64,000 nucleotides of DNA from Flaccisagitta enflata (GCA_965153355.1 OZ231126.1:36084001-36148000), one strand, 5' to 3'; counted from the stretch's first letter, positions 29,888 to 44,603 are shown. The notes: a model not told the origin generated them from the sequence alone. A program made the numbers and translations.

Positions 29888-32800
29888 AATCTCATTTGGT
29901 TCGGCGCCGATCGCACGCACGCTCCCAGCCAAGGCTCTCACACGCGACGCCGCGAGGCCTTAGATGACTGATTTAGGCCACTGAAGGCATATTTGAAGGC
30001 TGATGGGCAAAACTAAGGCTTGGAGAGCAGTTTGAAAGGCAAATTTGAGCCATGGAGGGCTGATTTGGTGCCTGGAGGGCTAATTGAAGGCCTGGAGGGC
30101 AGATTTGAGGCCTGGAGGGCTAAGTTGAGGGCTGGGAGGGCAAATTTGATGACAGGGGGGAGGAAGGACGGGAGGACAGGCGGGAGGATGGAAGGAAAGA
30201 CATCTGGAAATTCCCCCCTGTGTTCCACAGGACATTATGCCCAAAAAAGACTCAAAACTTGATAATTTTACAAAAATTTCATTCAATCTGCTTGAGCACT
30301 TTGAATCTACCCCAATGAGAGCTTGCAGAACATGAGAGCCCGAAAGCATCAGACCCGCAGGCTCGCTCTAAAATCAGGCCTGTAAATAGGCCAAAATGAG
30401 CTCTTTTGCTTAAGAACTCAAAACTTTGGTTTTTTTTTACCAAAGAAATGAATATTTTTTTCAGAATCACTCAGCTCAAATTCATAGATGAAGGCTAGGC
30501 TGAACCAGGCGCCCTTGGCAAACTCCTGTTTGCATTGCGGGGGCCTTGTTTTGAGCTCAGATATTTGTACAAAGTTTTTTTTTCGCTCGTTTTTTTTTCC
30601 ACAACGTCCTCCATCATAGGGGTTCCTCCCGTCCACTTATCATATGCTGCCTTAAACCCGTTGAATTTTTTTTTGCCGCACTTCGTCCGGAAATAACAAA
30701 CAGGTTGCCCAAGGGCAATATGTGGTCATGACACTCCATTGCCCTGCTTAGCATGATTGGGTAGGAATTGGGAATGAGGGAGGAACAGGCAGCGGCTCCA
30801 AAGAGGACAAAGTCCTATAGAACACAATGGGACTTATAGCTTGTCCATCCACCCATCCTTCCATCCATCCACCCCCGGCCCTCTCAGGCCTAAAATCTAC
30901 CCTCAGGCAGATTTCAGGCCTGGGAGGGGGCAGATTCAAGGCCTGAGGGATATGGGGATTTCAGGCCTGAGAAGGTAGATTTCAGCCTGAGAGGTAGATT
31001 TCAGGCCTGGGAGGGCAGATTTCAGGCCTGGAGAGGGCTTCATGGGACAAACAGACAGAAGGACGGACGGATGGAATAGTGTAACCCCTGTTTTCTACAG
31101 GACTTCATCCCCTTTGAGGCCGCTGCCCTGCTTCCTCAGTCTATTTCATAATCAAAAAGTAAAGCAGGAAATTGGTATCGCTGACTACATATTGCCCTTG
31201 GGCGACCTGTCATTCATTTCTTGACAATGCCTAAAATGAGTCAGATTGGCATTGTTTTGGGGAGCCGCCCCAAAGGGGAAAAAGTCCTGTAGATTACAGG
31301 GGGACTTTTTTTTTGTCCATTCATTCCCCCCTAGGCCTATTCAGGCCTAAAGTCTGCCCTCTAAGGCCTGAAATCTATCCTCCTAGGCCTGAAATCTACC
31401 CTCTCAGGCCATGACTCTACCATCTAAAGCCTAAAATCTGTCCTCTCTTGCTTTTTGGGCAGCGGCTTGAAGGGGTCAAAGTCGTGTAGAACACGGGATT
31501 ATTGTTTGTGCGTTCGTTCATTTGTCCCCCCTAGGCCCTCTTGGTCCTGAAATCTGCTGTCTCAGGGCTGAAATCTACTCTCTCAGACCTGAAATTTGCC
31601 CTCTTGGGCCCTGAATCTGCTTTCTCAGGCCTTGAATCTGCTCTTTTGGGCCTAAAATCTGCCCTCTCTGGTCAAAATCTGCCCTCTCAGGCTCTCTCAG
31701 GCCCTTAATCTTCCTCCTCAGATTCAAGGCATGAGAGGGCAGATTTCAGGCCTGAGAGGGTAGATTTCAGCCCTGAGAGGGCAGATTTCAGGCCTGAGGG
31801 GATCTGGGGGGGACAGACAGAAGGACGGACACACGAACAAAAGTCCCTTACAAGTGTTCTACAGGACTTTGTCCCCTTCGAGGCTGCTGCCCTGCTTCCC
31901 CTCACTCCAATTCACAACCATGCAAAGCAGGGTAATGGGTATCACTGACCACATATTGCCACTGGGTGACCTGTTATCCACTCATGCCTTTTATCTGTCC
32001 TCTCAGACCTTAGATCTGCTCTCTTAGGTCTGAAATCCGCCCTCTCAGGCCTTGAATCTTCCCTTTCAGATTCATGGTCTGAGAGGGTGGATTTCAGGCC
32101 TGAGTGGATATTTTTCTCTATCTGGTTGTCTGTAAATGCACAAATCAGTATCCCATGAGCATAAAATTGGTGATTATCAAGTTTATGAAACCATTTCTCG
32201 ATCCATTAATCTTACTAACATTATGTCAATTCTCTTACACTTTTGCATCAAAACATACTTTCAACTATGGTCACATTGATCGCCAACTCCTTTTTTAATG
32301 AAGAGGAAAAGCTGTCGCTTTAATATCGGTCTCGCTTCGATATCGGTCTCGCTTTATACTCAGTCGCGTCATACTCCATCGCGTCATCATAGCATCTCAT
32401 CAACATTTTCAGGCAGGATGAAGGAAAGTCCCCCCGTGTTCTACAGGACTTCTCCTTTGGGGCCGCTGCCCTGCTTCCTCTCACCCCAATTCCCCATCAT
32501 GCTAAGCAGGGCAACAGGTATCGCTGACCACATATATTGCCTTTGGGTGACCTGGTTTGGCCATTTTGGGGTCCTTAGAGGCCCCCTATGGCATCCACTG
32601 GTCTTTTTCAAGCATCACCCACATCTTGGAGTTATGACTGAGTGAACAAGAGAGAAGTGTAGGTTTTTAAAAGCAAATTAACAAAAGAAATTGAGTTTTG
32701 AAGTTTTTTTGTCATTTTGTGCCAAAAAAAGATTTTATAACTATTTTTTACCTGTTTTTGGCCTTATGAGGCTATGAGGGTCAAATTTTTTCTGCGGTTT

Positions 32801-33599
32801 CTAATTGCCTGTACTTCACAGACTATATTTTTTGCATGAATAGATATTTTGATAAAAAAAATTTTTCATTATTTTTCTTTTTTTCTTTACATTGCCTAAA
32901 ATGAGTCATTTTTGGCCAATTTTTTGCTATATTGGGGTCCTTAGAGGCCCCCCATGGCTTCCACTGGTCGTTTTTCAGCATAGCCCAATTCCACAGGCTG
33001 TAACTAACAGAGTAAATCAGAAAGAAGTTCATCTTTTTTAAGTCAAATTAACAAAAAAATTGAATTTTTAAGTATTTATGTCATTTTTGGCTACTTTTGG
33101 CCTTTCTTCCCACCTGTACAGAGGCGAGTCACTCGGGGGGCCTCCAGAAAGCCAACAAAGGAGCTTGGGGGCTTCATCTAACTATACTCTAACTATGATT
33201 TTACAGCCAGCCCCTAATTGGACCATGAGGCCTCTATGAATCCTACGTAGACAGAAAGAAAAATTGTATCTGAGAAACTCAAGTTTGGAACATTCGCAGT
33301 CATACAAAAGCGTCATGTAATCAATTTTTTGCCTTTGGATTAATTTGTCAACGGGTGTTTGATGTTCACCACATGCTGTGGGACCTTTTTTGACCAATCT
33401 GGGGTCTGCACACTCAAAATTGTCCTTGTCCGTTAATGGTTCCACTGTGCACTAACAACGTCATCAAAGTTTTGGAAGTTATCATTCAAATTTTTATCAA
33501 ATTCTCTGTTTACCAATATCATTAGTTTTAACGCCGCCACCATCGATTTTCATCATTCTCATTACGATTATGTACATTGTACAATTCAAACCAAGTCAT

Positions 33600-34017
33600 C
33601 GAAATTTGTGAGATAGAATGAATCCCCTCTCAACGACTTTCGCTTCGCAGGCGACTCTCGGGATGTTGCAACCTGCATCGATCCATTTGCCGCCATTTGG
33701 TCCGCTTTGAGGCATGGCCAATGGCCATGCAATTGAGATTTGTATCTTTCGCAGGTGACTTATTCCCAATTGCTTGGCCCCAATTCGAATATACGCCGTT
33801 GATCTCCTGCCTTTTATGGGTAAAGACTTTTCCGTCCGATGCCCAAACCCATTTGCCCTCTTTTGCCGCGTCAGTGCCAGAGCATGATGAAGGTTGATGC
33901 GATGATGAAGGTTGATGCGGGTTTCCTGATTGCATAAATCGCGTTGTTGGCTTTTTTCTCCCGAATCTCAGCTACATACGCACCTTTTTCTTTGCAAGAA
34001 GCGATCAGGGCGGCCAT
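33600..34017 (-). pseudogene. C-type lectin domain exon, frameshifted
   Basis: Acceptor ttttttggcacag. Reads ASCKEKGAYVAEI.. / GTDAAKEGKWVWASDG..YSNW..NLNCMAI.. / GKWIDAGC..VACE, with frame changes near 33880 and 33700. Confidence 0.8.
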
Positions 34018-34636
34018 CTGTGCCAAAAAATCAATGACGGTATCAATAATCAAGCTACACATGATCACACAGTCATAGAAAAAAAATACCGGACAGTCCA
34101 TTATCTTTGTAAATCCTTGTCAGGATGCCAGACATGCTGAGTCCTGTTATCTCAGTATGTCTCAGGACTCCTGAGACATAATGAGATATAGTTACTTTGG
34201 TAAACTTTTCTGTAACGTTATTTGTGATTGTATAGAGCAGGAAAAATCAGACCAACAGACAGACAAAGCAGGTTATAGAGTCGCGTCGCACGCGACTAAA
34301 AACTGTAAAAACTGTCAGAAATAGTCGCAAAATGACAGATGAATCATCAGAGATTATGGCTATCAGGCTGAGCTTTTGGGTTCGAGGCTTGGAGGCTCAG
34401 ATTTTAGCCTTGAGGCTAATATTCGTGCCTAAAGACTGAGATTTGAGACTCAAAGCTGGAATTTGAGAGTCAAGGCTGATATTTGGGCTTTAAGGGTTAA
34501 ATATCAGCCTTGAGACTAGGATTCAGGCCTTGCGGCTGAGGCCTTGAGGTAGGGATCAAGGTCTCAAGGCTGGAGCGCAGAAGAAGGAGGAGAGATTTTC
34601 CCACATGTGAAAGCATAGGTCATCAACCCGTATAAA

Positions 34637-37109
34637 CAGTCAGTGGACAAACCGGTATAGGTATAAATCTCAACTGGTAGTTATATTTCTAAGAGAGAGA
34701 TCATTTCAGAGGTTAAGTTAATTACTAAGTCAAAGAATCTTTCTTGGCGTAGGAAAAAGCTAAGATCAGAGACATTTCTACAGAGAGGCCATGCAAAATG
34801 ATGAAAAATCATGTTTTTCAAAAAGTCATCATGACAAATATTTTCAGATGTGAAATTTTGTGCAGATTACAAATTTGAAGGTTTCACTGAGCATATGAGC
34901 AGTCAAGGCATGCTGGAACAGCTCGTCAACAGCATCATTGGAGACCTCTCCACAACTCATGGAGAACTATATGCAGCGGATACGTTTTGATAGATCAGAT
35001 AAGTATGTTTTAAGAGTTTTGTATAAAATATGAAGAAAACAGAAAAGCAAAAATTTAATATGTAAAGCAGCACCTGCTTGCCAACTGCATCACTCATGAT
35101 CCTCTAAGAGAGTATATGCAAATGGCAAAATAATGAATAATTTTGTTTTTCAAGAAGTCATCATAACCAATGTATTCATACATGTAACTTTGTGTAGATT
35201 ACAAATCAAAGGTGTCACTTGGCATTTGAGCGCACAAGGTATACTGGAACAGCTTGTCAATAGCATCATTGAAGGACCTCTTTACAACTCATTCAGAACC
35301 ATATGCGACTGAAGTAATTTTGTTTTCAGATAAGTATGTTTCAGAGCTTTGTATAGAATATGACAAAAGATAAAGATTTAAAGAAGGGTTTGTTGCACCT
35401 GCTTGTCAACTGCATCATTGAAGGATCCCCTCTATGGGTGGCCATGCAAAACAATCATAAATCATAAATCATGTTTTTTTTCAAAAAGTTATCTTTTCCA
35501 ATGTTATTAAAACATATAACTTTGTTTCAATTACAAATCTAAAGGTGTAACTTGGCATTTGAGCAGTCAAAGTTTGCTGGAACTACTTGTCAACAGCATC
35601 ATTGAGGGCCCTCTCCATAGCTCACCCAGAACTAAAAGCAGCAGAAGTAATTTTGATTCCAGATGAACTTATTGTACAGCAATTGATTGAACAAGAAAAA
35701 AAATTGCATCAGGGTGTGCAGGAGCTGCTTGTCAAATGCATCACTGAGGGATCACCTCCACAACTCAAGTGGCTTCTATTGCAAGGACATTTTTAGTTCT
35801 GTGTTATGCAATTCTACAGTGTACACCCTGCTTTGTCTGTCCGTCCATCCATTGGTTGTTTAATTGGTTGGTTGGTCAGTTGGTCCCCTTTAAACTTTTG
35901 GGCATTTTTGAGCTTTTTAGTCGCGGACTCCTGCCCAAATGCCCCAGTGACCTTTTCTTGCCCATCACCCCTGCCCACAAGAAACTAGGTAGCTGCAGAC
36001 CTGGGTGAGAAGTTTGTGTAAAATTTTAAATTTAACATATGTGATGCATAGAATTAGAGGAAAAAGTACTGAAACCAATTGTCAACTGCATCACAATTTT
36101 ATCTTCATAACAACTTCATATGCTCAATTATAAGAAAACTATTTGTTTAAACATTGAAGACAAATGAAAAATGAAAGAGAGAAGTTGTTAAGTTGTTGTC
36201 CATTTCATGAGAAATTGTTTTTGGCTTTCCACTTGAGCTTTAGGAAACAAGGCCAGATGCACGGCTACCGAAGTCGCGTGCAGGTGGGCAGGGGCCAGAT
36301 TAAACAGGTAAGATTATCCGCACTGCACTTGGTAAATCGCAATTGCAATTTTCTTAAAAACTGCAGGATTATGATTTTTAAAAGCATAAGTAGCACGTAT
36401 AAAGCTGGTTTTTTTTATTCAAAACTAAAATAAAAAAGTCAAGGATACAACTTTTAGGTAAATTTCATAGTAATGAAACACTTTTTAAAAAGATTTATCA
36501 AAATATTTAAAAATTCTGTTATTAATTTTTCTTGTACTTTAGGCCTAATTCATTTGCTTTATTGAACTCCGTTCATAGGGATATAATTAACCTCCTTCAG
36601 CATAACATGTGCCATGCAAAGAAAATTGTTTTTGAGCAGTCACAAATACAATAACCTATGATTTTATAACCTTTTTTGCCAATGAAAAAAAATCCTGTCA
36701 AAACCAAGATCTTTGCTTCAAATCATTTGACCCCAATAGTGACAAGGGGGATAGAAAATACCTGCAATCAATTCTAGCTTCTAGCATGACTAACTGGGGC
36801 ACTCTTGTCAAAATTTCATCATAGTGCTGGGTCACTTTTAAGTACAGTTTTCTTTCCATGAAGCAATTCCGGATAATTTCAAACACCCTGTTATTTGAGG
36901 TCACTAGACCATTTTAGAAAGAGCAGTGAGGTCAGAAAAAAAAAATCATTAAAAAAGTAAAGTTCGACCGACCGACCGACCAATCAACCAACGGACAAAG
37001 TGAGTTGTAGAGTCGCGTACATGCGTCTAAAAAAATTCAAAACATAAACTTTTTCTGAAATCGATGAGAGATGCAGGGTTTTAGTTTCTCTCAGCGGCAC
37101 TCATTTTTA

Positions 37110-37162
<53 letters not shown>

Positions 37163-39587
37163 TTGTTGTGCCCCCCCAAAAATTCCAAAAGCTAGAGCTC
37201 GCCATGGCTACACCAGCTACCCCATCAAATACACCTCTGTAGTGAGTGGTGGTTGGAGTGTGGATGGGACTAAGACGCCTCTGCTCATTTATCCGCTACA
37301 GTATTGAGACCTGCGTTACTTGTTCTTAGTGATAAAAATTTGGTTAGGACAATTTATCAGAATCTGTATTCAGTTAAACTTACAGCTAGAATTTGTTATA
37401 GATGTCTCATGTGGTGAGGGGTAACAAGGGATAGTTTGTTTAAGGTTAGAGGCTGTACTGGGCTGGGTTTAAGGTTAGTTGCAGTGATAATCTTAAGGTT
37501 AAGGGAAGTGTTAGATTTAGGTTAGGTTTGCAGACTGAGGCAAAAAGTGGTCAAACCGGCCCTCCCCCACCCTTCCCACCCTTAGTTACCTCAAACTTGT
37601 ATGAGTTTTATATAGGATGAATTGTTGCACATGTCACACATTTTCATCAAAACTTTTTCATGTGCAGAGGAGAGATCTTGTTGTTTTCCTTTATCATAGA
37701 TGGTGTGGTATTTCATTAGAACTAATTGAGTTTTAGAGCAGTCTTTCAATTAAGCAGTTGACAAACATTTCCAGCACACCTTACTTTTTCTTGATTTAAC
37801 ACGGAGTTTCCTCTAATTCTATGCATATCTGTAAAATTTCCAAAGATTTTACAGCAAAGAAATGTTGCTGCATTGGGAACGTAGATTTTGTGGAGGGGAT
37901 CCTTCAGTGATGCAGTTGACAAGCATCTTTTAAACACCGTAATTCAAAACTTTGTTTTTCTTCTTATTTCATGCAAAGATGTGAAATCTACTTATTTGAA
38001 CATGAGGAAGGCTTGGTACTAATTCATTTGATAAACTTGATATTTGAAATATAAGTTGTTCATTTGATGCTTTTGTCCCTGGAGCTTTTCTGGCTGCTAT
38101 GGAACCAAAATCATTTTTTGAACGCTCATAACAATCCACAAAATCGATATTTTGATAAATATCATCAGGGAACATTGCTCAGAATTATTTACATAATCTT
38201 TCCATTATATGTTCTGCAGAAGAATATTGCTTGTTTGTACGTTGCTAAGGAGCACATCATTTATGGTTGCTAGGTGATGCTCCCTTAGCAGTACAACAAG
38301 CAATATTCTTACAGAACATACTGGGGAAAGAAATATGATTTGATTTTTGAGCAATGGTTCCTGACAATATTTCTCAAAATATTGATATTTTAGTGGTTAT
38401 TAATGTTTGAAAAAATGATTTTGGTTTCCATAGCAACCAAAAACTCAGGGACAAAAAGCATCAAGTGAACTTATATTTCAAATATCAAGTTTGTCAAATG
38501 AAATTAAGATCCTTCAGTGATGCAGTTGACAAGCATCTTTTAAACACCCTTATTCAAAAATTTGTTTTCCTCTTATTCTATGCAAAGCTGTTAAATCTAC
38601 TTATATGAACATTAAATGTCTTCCACTTCACACAGTTCTATATGTGCTGTGGATACATCTTTCAATGATGCTGTTGACGAGCTGTTTCAGCATACCTTGA
38701 CTGCTCATATGCTTATTGGCACCTTCAGATTTGCAATCAACAAAAAATTTCATGATGAATTTTTGAAAAACATGAAATTTCAGCATTTTGCACAGCCTCT
38801 TGTGGAAGGGATCCTTCAGTGATGCAATTGACGAGCAGTTCCAGCCCACCCTGATTCAAATCTTTGTTATTCCTCTTATTACATTTACAGCTGTGAAACT
38901 TACTTATCTGGAAAAAACTTCTGTCTATAGTTTTACATGATTTATTGAGAGGTCCTTCAATGATGCTGTTGACGAGCTGTTCCAGCATACCTTGACTACT
39001 CATATGCTTAGTGGCACCTTCAGATTTTCAATCTACACAATATTTCATGTCTGAATACAGTGCATTGATTACAATGACTTTTTGAAAAACATGATTTTTC
39101 ATCATTTCGCATAGCCTGTTGAGGAAGGGATTCTTCAGTGATGCAGTTGACGAGCAGCTCCAACTCACCCTGATTCAAATGTTTGTTTTTCCTCAATCAT
39201 ATTTAAAGCTGTGAATCTCTATTATGTGAAAATAAAAGAAAATCTGCTGCATATAGTTTTACATGATTTATTAAAAGGTCCTTCAATGATGCTGTTGACG
39301 AGCTGTTCCAGCATACTTTGACTGCTCATATGCTTAATGGCACCTTCAGATTGGTAATCTACACAAAATTTCATGTCTGAATATATTGGTCATTATGAAT
39401 TATTGAAAAACACGATTTTTCATCATTTTGCATGGCCTCTCTGTAGAAATGTCTCTGACCTTAGTTAATTCCTAAGTAAAGAAAGCTTCTTCAACTTAGT
39501 GATTAACCTAACATTTGAAATGATCTTCCTCTGGGAATTGTTATGACCCAAAGAGATTTATACCTATACCGGTTTGTCCACTGACTG
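34637..39587. mobile_element. Foldback-like non-autonomous DNA element with long modular inverted arms
   Basis: Terminus CAGTCAGTGGACAAACCGGTATAGGTATAAATCTC recurs as an exact reverse complement at the other end. Arms (~34637-36110, ~37745-39587) are ~320-330 bp tandem units in opposite orientation. No transposase ORF. Confidence 0.85.
38020..38506. mobile_element. Palindromic MITE-like insertion in the right foldback arm
   Basis: ttcatttgataaacttgatatttgaaatataag is mirrored by cttatatttcaaatatcaagtttgtcaaatgaa. Complementarity continues to the centre near 38262. Confidence 0.75.
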
Positions 39588-39629
39588 TCAAAGCCGCTGC
39601 CCAAAAGAAAAAAAAAAAACAGCGAGGAA

Positions 39630-40325
39630 GGGGTTTGGTTAATTTGACATACGAGTTGTGCCAACGCAGTTATCGATTTCTGGCGACAAAATTTGCCACC
39701 TGAATCAATTGGAACCGGCACCATTTACATCTGCCTCACAGAGAAGCCAACTTCGCCGTTTTAGCAACGCCGAATACTTTTTTCATGATCGATTGAGGAC
39801 AGACAGACAGAGACAGACGGGCAAACAGACAACCAAAGGGAACTATAAGGACGTTGTTGGTTTGGTTGATTTAATATTCAGTTTTGTGCAAATACATTCT
39901 ATCGATTTTAATCCTATGACAAAATTTGCCTCCTGAATTAATTGGAATCCGCATCATTTACATCTGCCTCAGGAAGGAGCCGACCAGGCAATTTTTTAAC
40001 ATATTGTTTCTTCATGATCAATTGGGGACAGACATACAGACAGACAGACAGACAGACGGGCAAACAGACAACCAAAGGGAACTATTACAACGTTGTTGAT
40101 TTGTTTGATTAAATATGCAGTTTCGTGCAAAAACAGTCATCGATTTTCTACGGCGAAATTCGCCTCCTGAATTTATGGAAATCGGCACCATTTTCATTTG
40201 CCTCACATTTGCTTTGCGATTTTGATAGCACAAAATCTTTTTTATCCGTGATCGATTGGACAGACAGACAAGCGGAAAGACAGATGGACAGATAGACAGA
40301 TGGACAGATGGGCATTCAAACAGAC
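39630..40325 (+). repeat. Three diverged ~230-240 bp tandem units, each ending in (GACA)n
   Basis: aaatttgcc(a/t)cctgaat..attggaa..gca(c/t)cattt recurs at ~39690, ~39923 and ~40156. Confidence 0.8.
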
Positions 40326-41492
40326 AAACAGACAGTCGCGACAAACACAGGCGTCAGTCGCCTGATTACCTCGATCATCAATTCTCTACGACGAATCTGC
40401 TTCCTTAACTTACTAGAATTAGCACAATAGACACCAACAGCATTTACAGGTACACTCCGCTATAACGGACCTGAGAGTAACGGCACTGCGTTTTGGTGGT
40501 ACAGAATATTTTGTGCCGATCGATTTGAGAATGATAGAACAAGTCAGACAGGCAGAAATATTTCTTTACAGACATACAGGCTGATGATTGTGATATGGTG
40601 GTGAGCAGGCACGAAGCTAAGGTCCCAGCTTCATCACTTGAGAAAAGAAAGAGATAGAGAGTCGTTTCAGATTGGATTCAAGCCTTAAAGCTGACACTAA
40701 GCTCTTGATACTGTGGGTTTTGGCCTGAGTCTGGGCGTCAAAAGGAAACATTTGTCTTCCTCGTTAGAAAAAATGTTGAGACAACGTAAAAACGGAGAGG
40801 GACTGTTTAGAAAAGATATCGGGATGTGCTGTTGTCAATTTACCAAAATTCCAGTCATTTATGCCTCAAATGAAATACATTGGTATCTCATTGGTATCTA
40901 GGTTGAAAGTTTTGTTATAACATAGAGGAACCGTGATGATGTAGTTGTTTCATATATATCTAGTATCGTCATCATCGTTATCGCAACATGGCTAGCGATA
41001 GGTGAAGTGGCGATTCCACAGCTATACAGGAAGCAGAATGGGCAGGAAAAATGGCACTGATGACGAATGGCGAAATTCGGCAGCTGAATAAACCGAAATC
41101 GATGCCAAATGTTTATGCGAATTGGAAGTTATTTACTCATGCTCCATCTCGGTTACCGCAGCCTTTACTAATGTCTGACATATTGAATTCAATTAGTTTT
41201 GAAGCCACGAAAGCTCGAGCCTTCCATCAGAATCCATTCTGCTTCTACGCAGTCGTCACTTTTTGCTGAAAGGTTCTGCTTCTACCATTTCTCCCAATAA
41301 TTTTCAAAATTACTGGTATCTAATACGCAACGCATATTCGTGAAAATGATGAACAGATGCAGCATGTCCTTTCAGATCATGAGACCCTCCAACAAATATT
41401 TTGCCGTTCATTGTTTCAATTGAAAGAAAAAGACTGGCTCATGAAAACTTGTGCATAACGCTTAAAAAATCACTGATGCACAATTTCAACTT

Positions 41493-41618
<126 letters not shown>

Positions 41619-41835
41619 CAGTAATGGGGAAGAATGAATTACTTGAATGAAGTTATACCTATGTTGTGAATTATCATAGCCAAAAGTTTTCAATCAAAGG
41701 AATGTTTACTTGATTCTTTGCCATCAAAAACATCAGTACTAAGCTGTTTTATGTCTATGGAGAAAAATAATAAGCTAAATATTTGAGAAAAAACGTTTGA
41801 TCAAGTAACTATGCTATATGGATTGTGTGAAAATG

Positions 41836-42665
<830 letters not shown>

Positions 42666-42925
42666 TGACTCAAACTGAGGCTCTGTACACAATTTTCATG
42701 TACTAATGTGGTCTCGTTGAAAGGGGCGAAATGCCTTTTTTTCGAGCGAGATGGAAGCAACGTGAGGAGTACATTTGATTTTACTCCCAAGCATATCATC
42801 CCCTTTTGAAAGGAGCCCCACCCGATTTCAATCCATGCTTTATTTTCAATCCATGCTCCTTCTTCAAAACAGATTTCTCCCTATTCTTCCAGTCTGTTTA
42901 AGATTCTCAATTCAACTTTAAAAAA

Positions 42926-43085
42926 ATGATGTTCAATGGAGAAGTTTTGCGATTGTTTCCAGTGGTAAAGATTATCACCACCACAATTCCACTCACATTT
43001 TTCGACTTTTTTACGGATGCATTTGCAGTCTCAGTTTATGCCAAATCACCATCATGGGCTGTCAAAGCGATTGCAATTCTGCTAG
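42926..43085 (+). CDS. Exon of an XK-related-like membrane protein (TM1 and start of TM2)
   Basis: ATG with an in-frame upstream stop. Reads MMFNGEVLRLFPVVKIITTTIPLTFFDFFTDAFAVSVY.. with a DxxTD..Y motif. Donor AG|GTAGGT, phase 1. Confidence 0.65.
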
Positions 43086-43326
43086 GTAGGTTCTTTCGCC
43101 ACTTCAGTTCATGCCAAATTAACATCATGGACCATGAAAGTGATTGAAGCTAAGCCAGGTAGGTTCACGAACCATCTTATTGGGCAGGTCTGGCTGGTCA
43201 CGTTCTTTTGAATCCTCAGTTTATGCTAAGTCACCATCATGGCTGTCAAACCAATTGCAATGATACTAGGTACTATCTTAGAAAAAAAATGTTGCAACCT
43301 AAGATTTTAGTTCATTCATTACCTAA

Positions 43327-43971
43327 TAGCCTGTACTGAAATGACTAAAACCAAAAAAATCGACATTCTACGAGCAGTTTATGTTGTGGAACTGTCTTGG
43401 GCTTCTATTGTCATCATTTTCAGCTTTAAAAGTTTACATCTTGCTTTCCGCGCCTTACCTTGAACTTCCCATGGGTCAATAGGAAACTAAAAATTTCAAA
43501 TTGCTCAAATCAAAATTTTGACTGCAGATTTGAAATCTGCATGAAAAACTGTCTGTTGAAAGTGCTTTTCTTTTTTCAAAATTCCTTTGGGATCATTATC
43601 AAAATCCACGCCAAAGATTTTTAAAGAAGTAAAGTTCAATGATTTTACAAAGAAATTAAAGGGAAAGGTATGTTTCACGATATTTGACAGCATTTTTGAC
43701 CACCTTCTAATTGGAATATCAAAAAAAGGAAAACACTTTCAATTGACAGTTTTTTCTGCTGATTCCAAATCTGCAGTCAGAATTGGAATTTGAAAACTTT
43801 GAAATTTTTACTTTCCTATAGGGGTAGGGTTTATAGAAGGTAAGGCGCGGCCACCTAAAAGTAGGATTTCAAAGCCAATATTGATTTCAATTGAAGCCTG
43901 AGACAGTCCCACAACATGATCTGCTCGTAGAATGTTAATTTTATTGTTTTTTGTCATTTAGGTACAAGCTA
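43327..43971. mobile_element. hAT-type MITE, same family as 19377-20007, intronic
   Basis: Same TIRs and body; perfect 8-bp TSD ttacctaa. Confidence 0.9.
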
Positions 43972-44330
43972 TTACCTAAACAACAAAAACCAGTCAATTG
44001 AAAATCAATCAATAAATGATATTTGCTCCCCTCAGTTCAATGACGGCAGTCATTTGCCAGGGAAGTGGTTTACTAAGCCCCTAGAAGCACTGTGGCTAGA
44101 CAGCACTCTAAACTTTTTGTGCAATGAAACATATTTCCTTTCCTGTCTTCAAGTGACCCTAACTTCTTAGCGGCTGGACCAATCTAGTTTTGCTAAAAAA
44201 AAGAAAAGATACCCCTTGAAAGATCAGTTGTACAACACTGATTATAAACACCATTCTATCGTCATCGATTCTTGATTAAGCGACCGTTTACCAACCCCCA
44301 CTGACCTTTACACCCAACCAATCATCACAG

Positions 44331-44603
44331 CTGTGGTGCTGGTCCTCCACTCGATCACCTCTTCCATCTACGGCCTCCGGGTTGTCCGTCAACACAAGTC
44401 CAAGTATCCCTTTTTGATGAAGAGTCGTTTACGTCGTTGCTGCACATATTTGCTGCATTTGATGGGGACGGGAGGCGTGGCTTTCCATCTCGACTTTTTA
44501 ATGGAATTGTGGCTCAATTTCAAAAGGAATGTGAGAAAAGTTGGATTCGGGGATGGTGCCAAAGTCGGGGCCATCAGTTTTGTCCTGAAGAAAGGAGATT
44601 ACG
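44331..44603 (+). CDS. Next exon of the XK-related-like gene
   Basis: Branch-like CTGAC (44301), acceptor CACAG, 273 nt, donor G|GTGAGT. The phase 1 join gives a continuous TM AVKAIAILL-A-VVLVLHSITSSIYGL, and LLHLMGTGGV follows. Confidence 0.65.

Noticed and set aside
38628-39003. Recurrent peptide MSSQGMLEQLVNSIIEGPL suggesting a repeat-protein gene
   Set aside because: It occurs on both strands as part of the foldback arms, and frames are not conserved between units.
40925-41060. Hydrophobic peptide ending GEVAIPQLY, reminiscent of the XK ESxPQL motif
   Set aside because: Motif spacing is wrong, it is bounded by stops, and it lies upstream of the XK-like exons.
41055-41090. CTGATGA..GAAA hammerhead-like core
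   Set aside because: No convincing stem II or stem I pairing.
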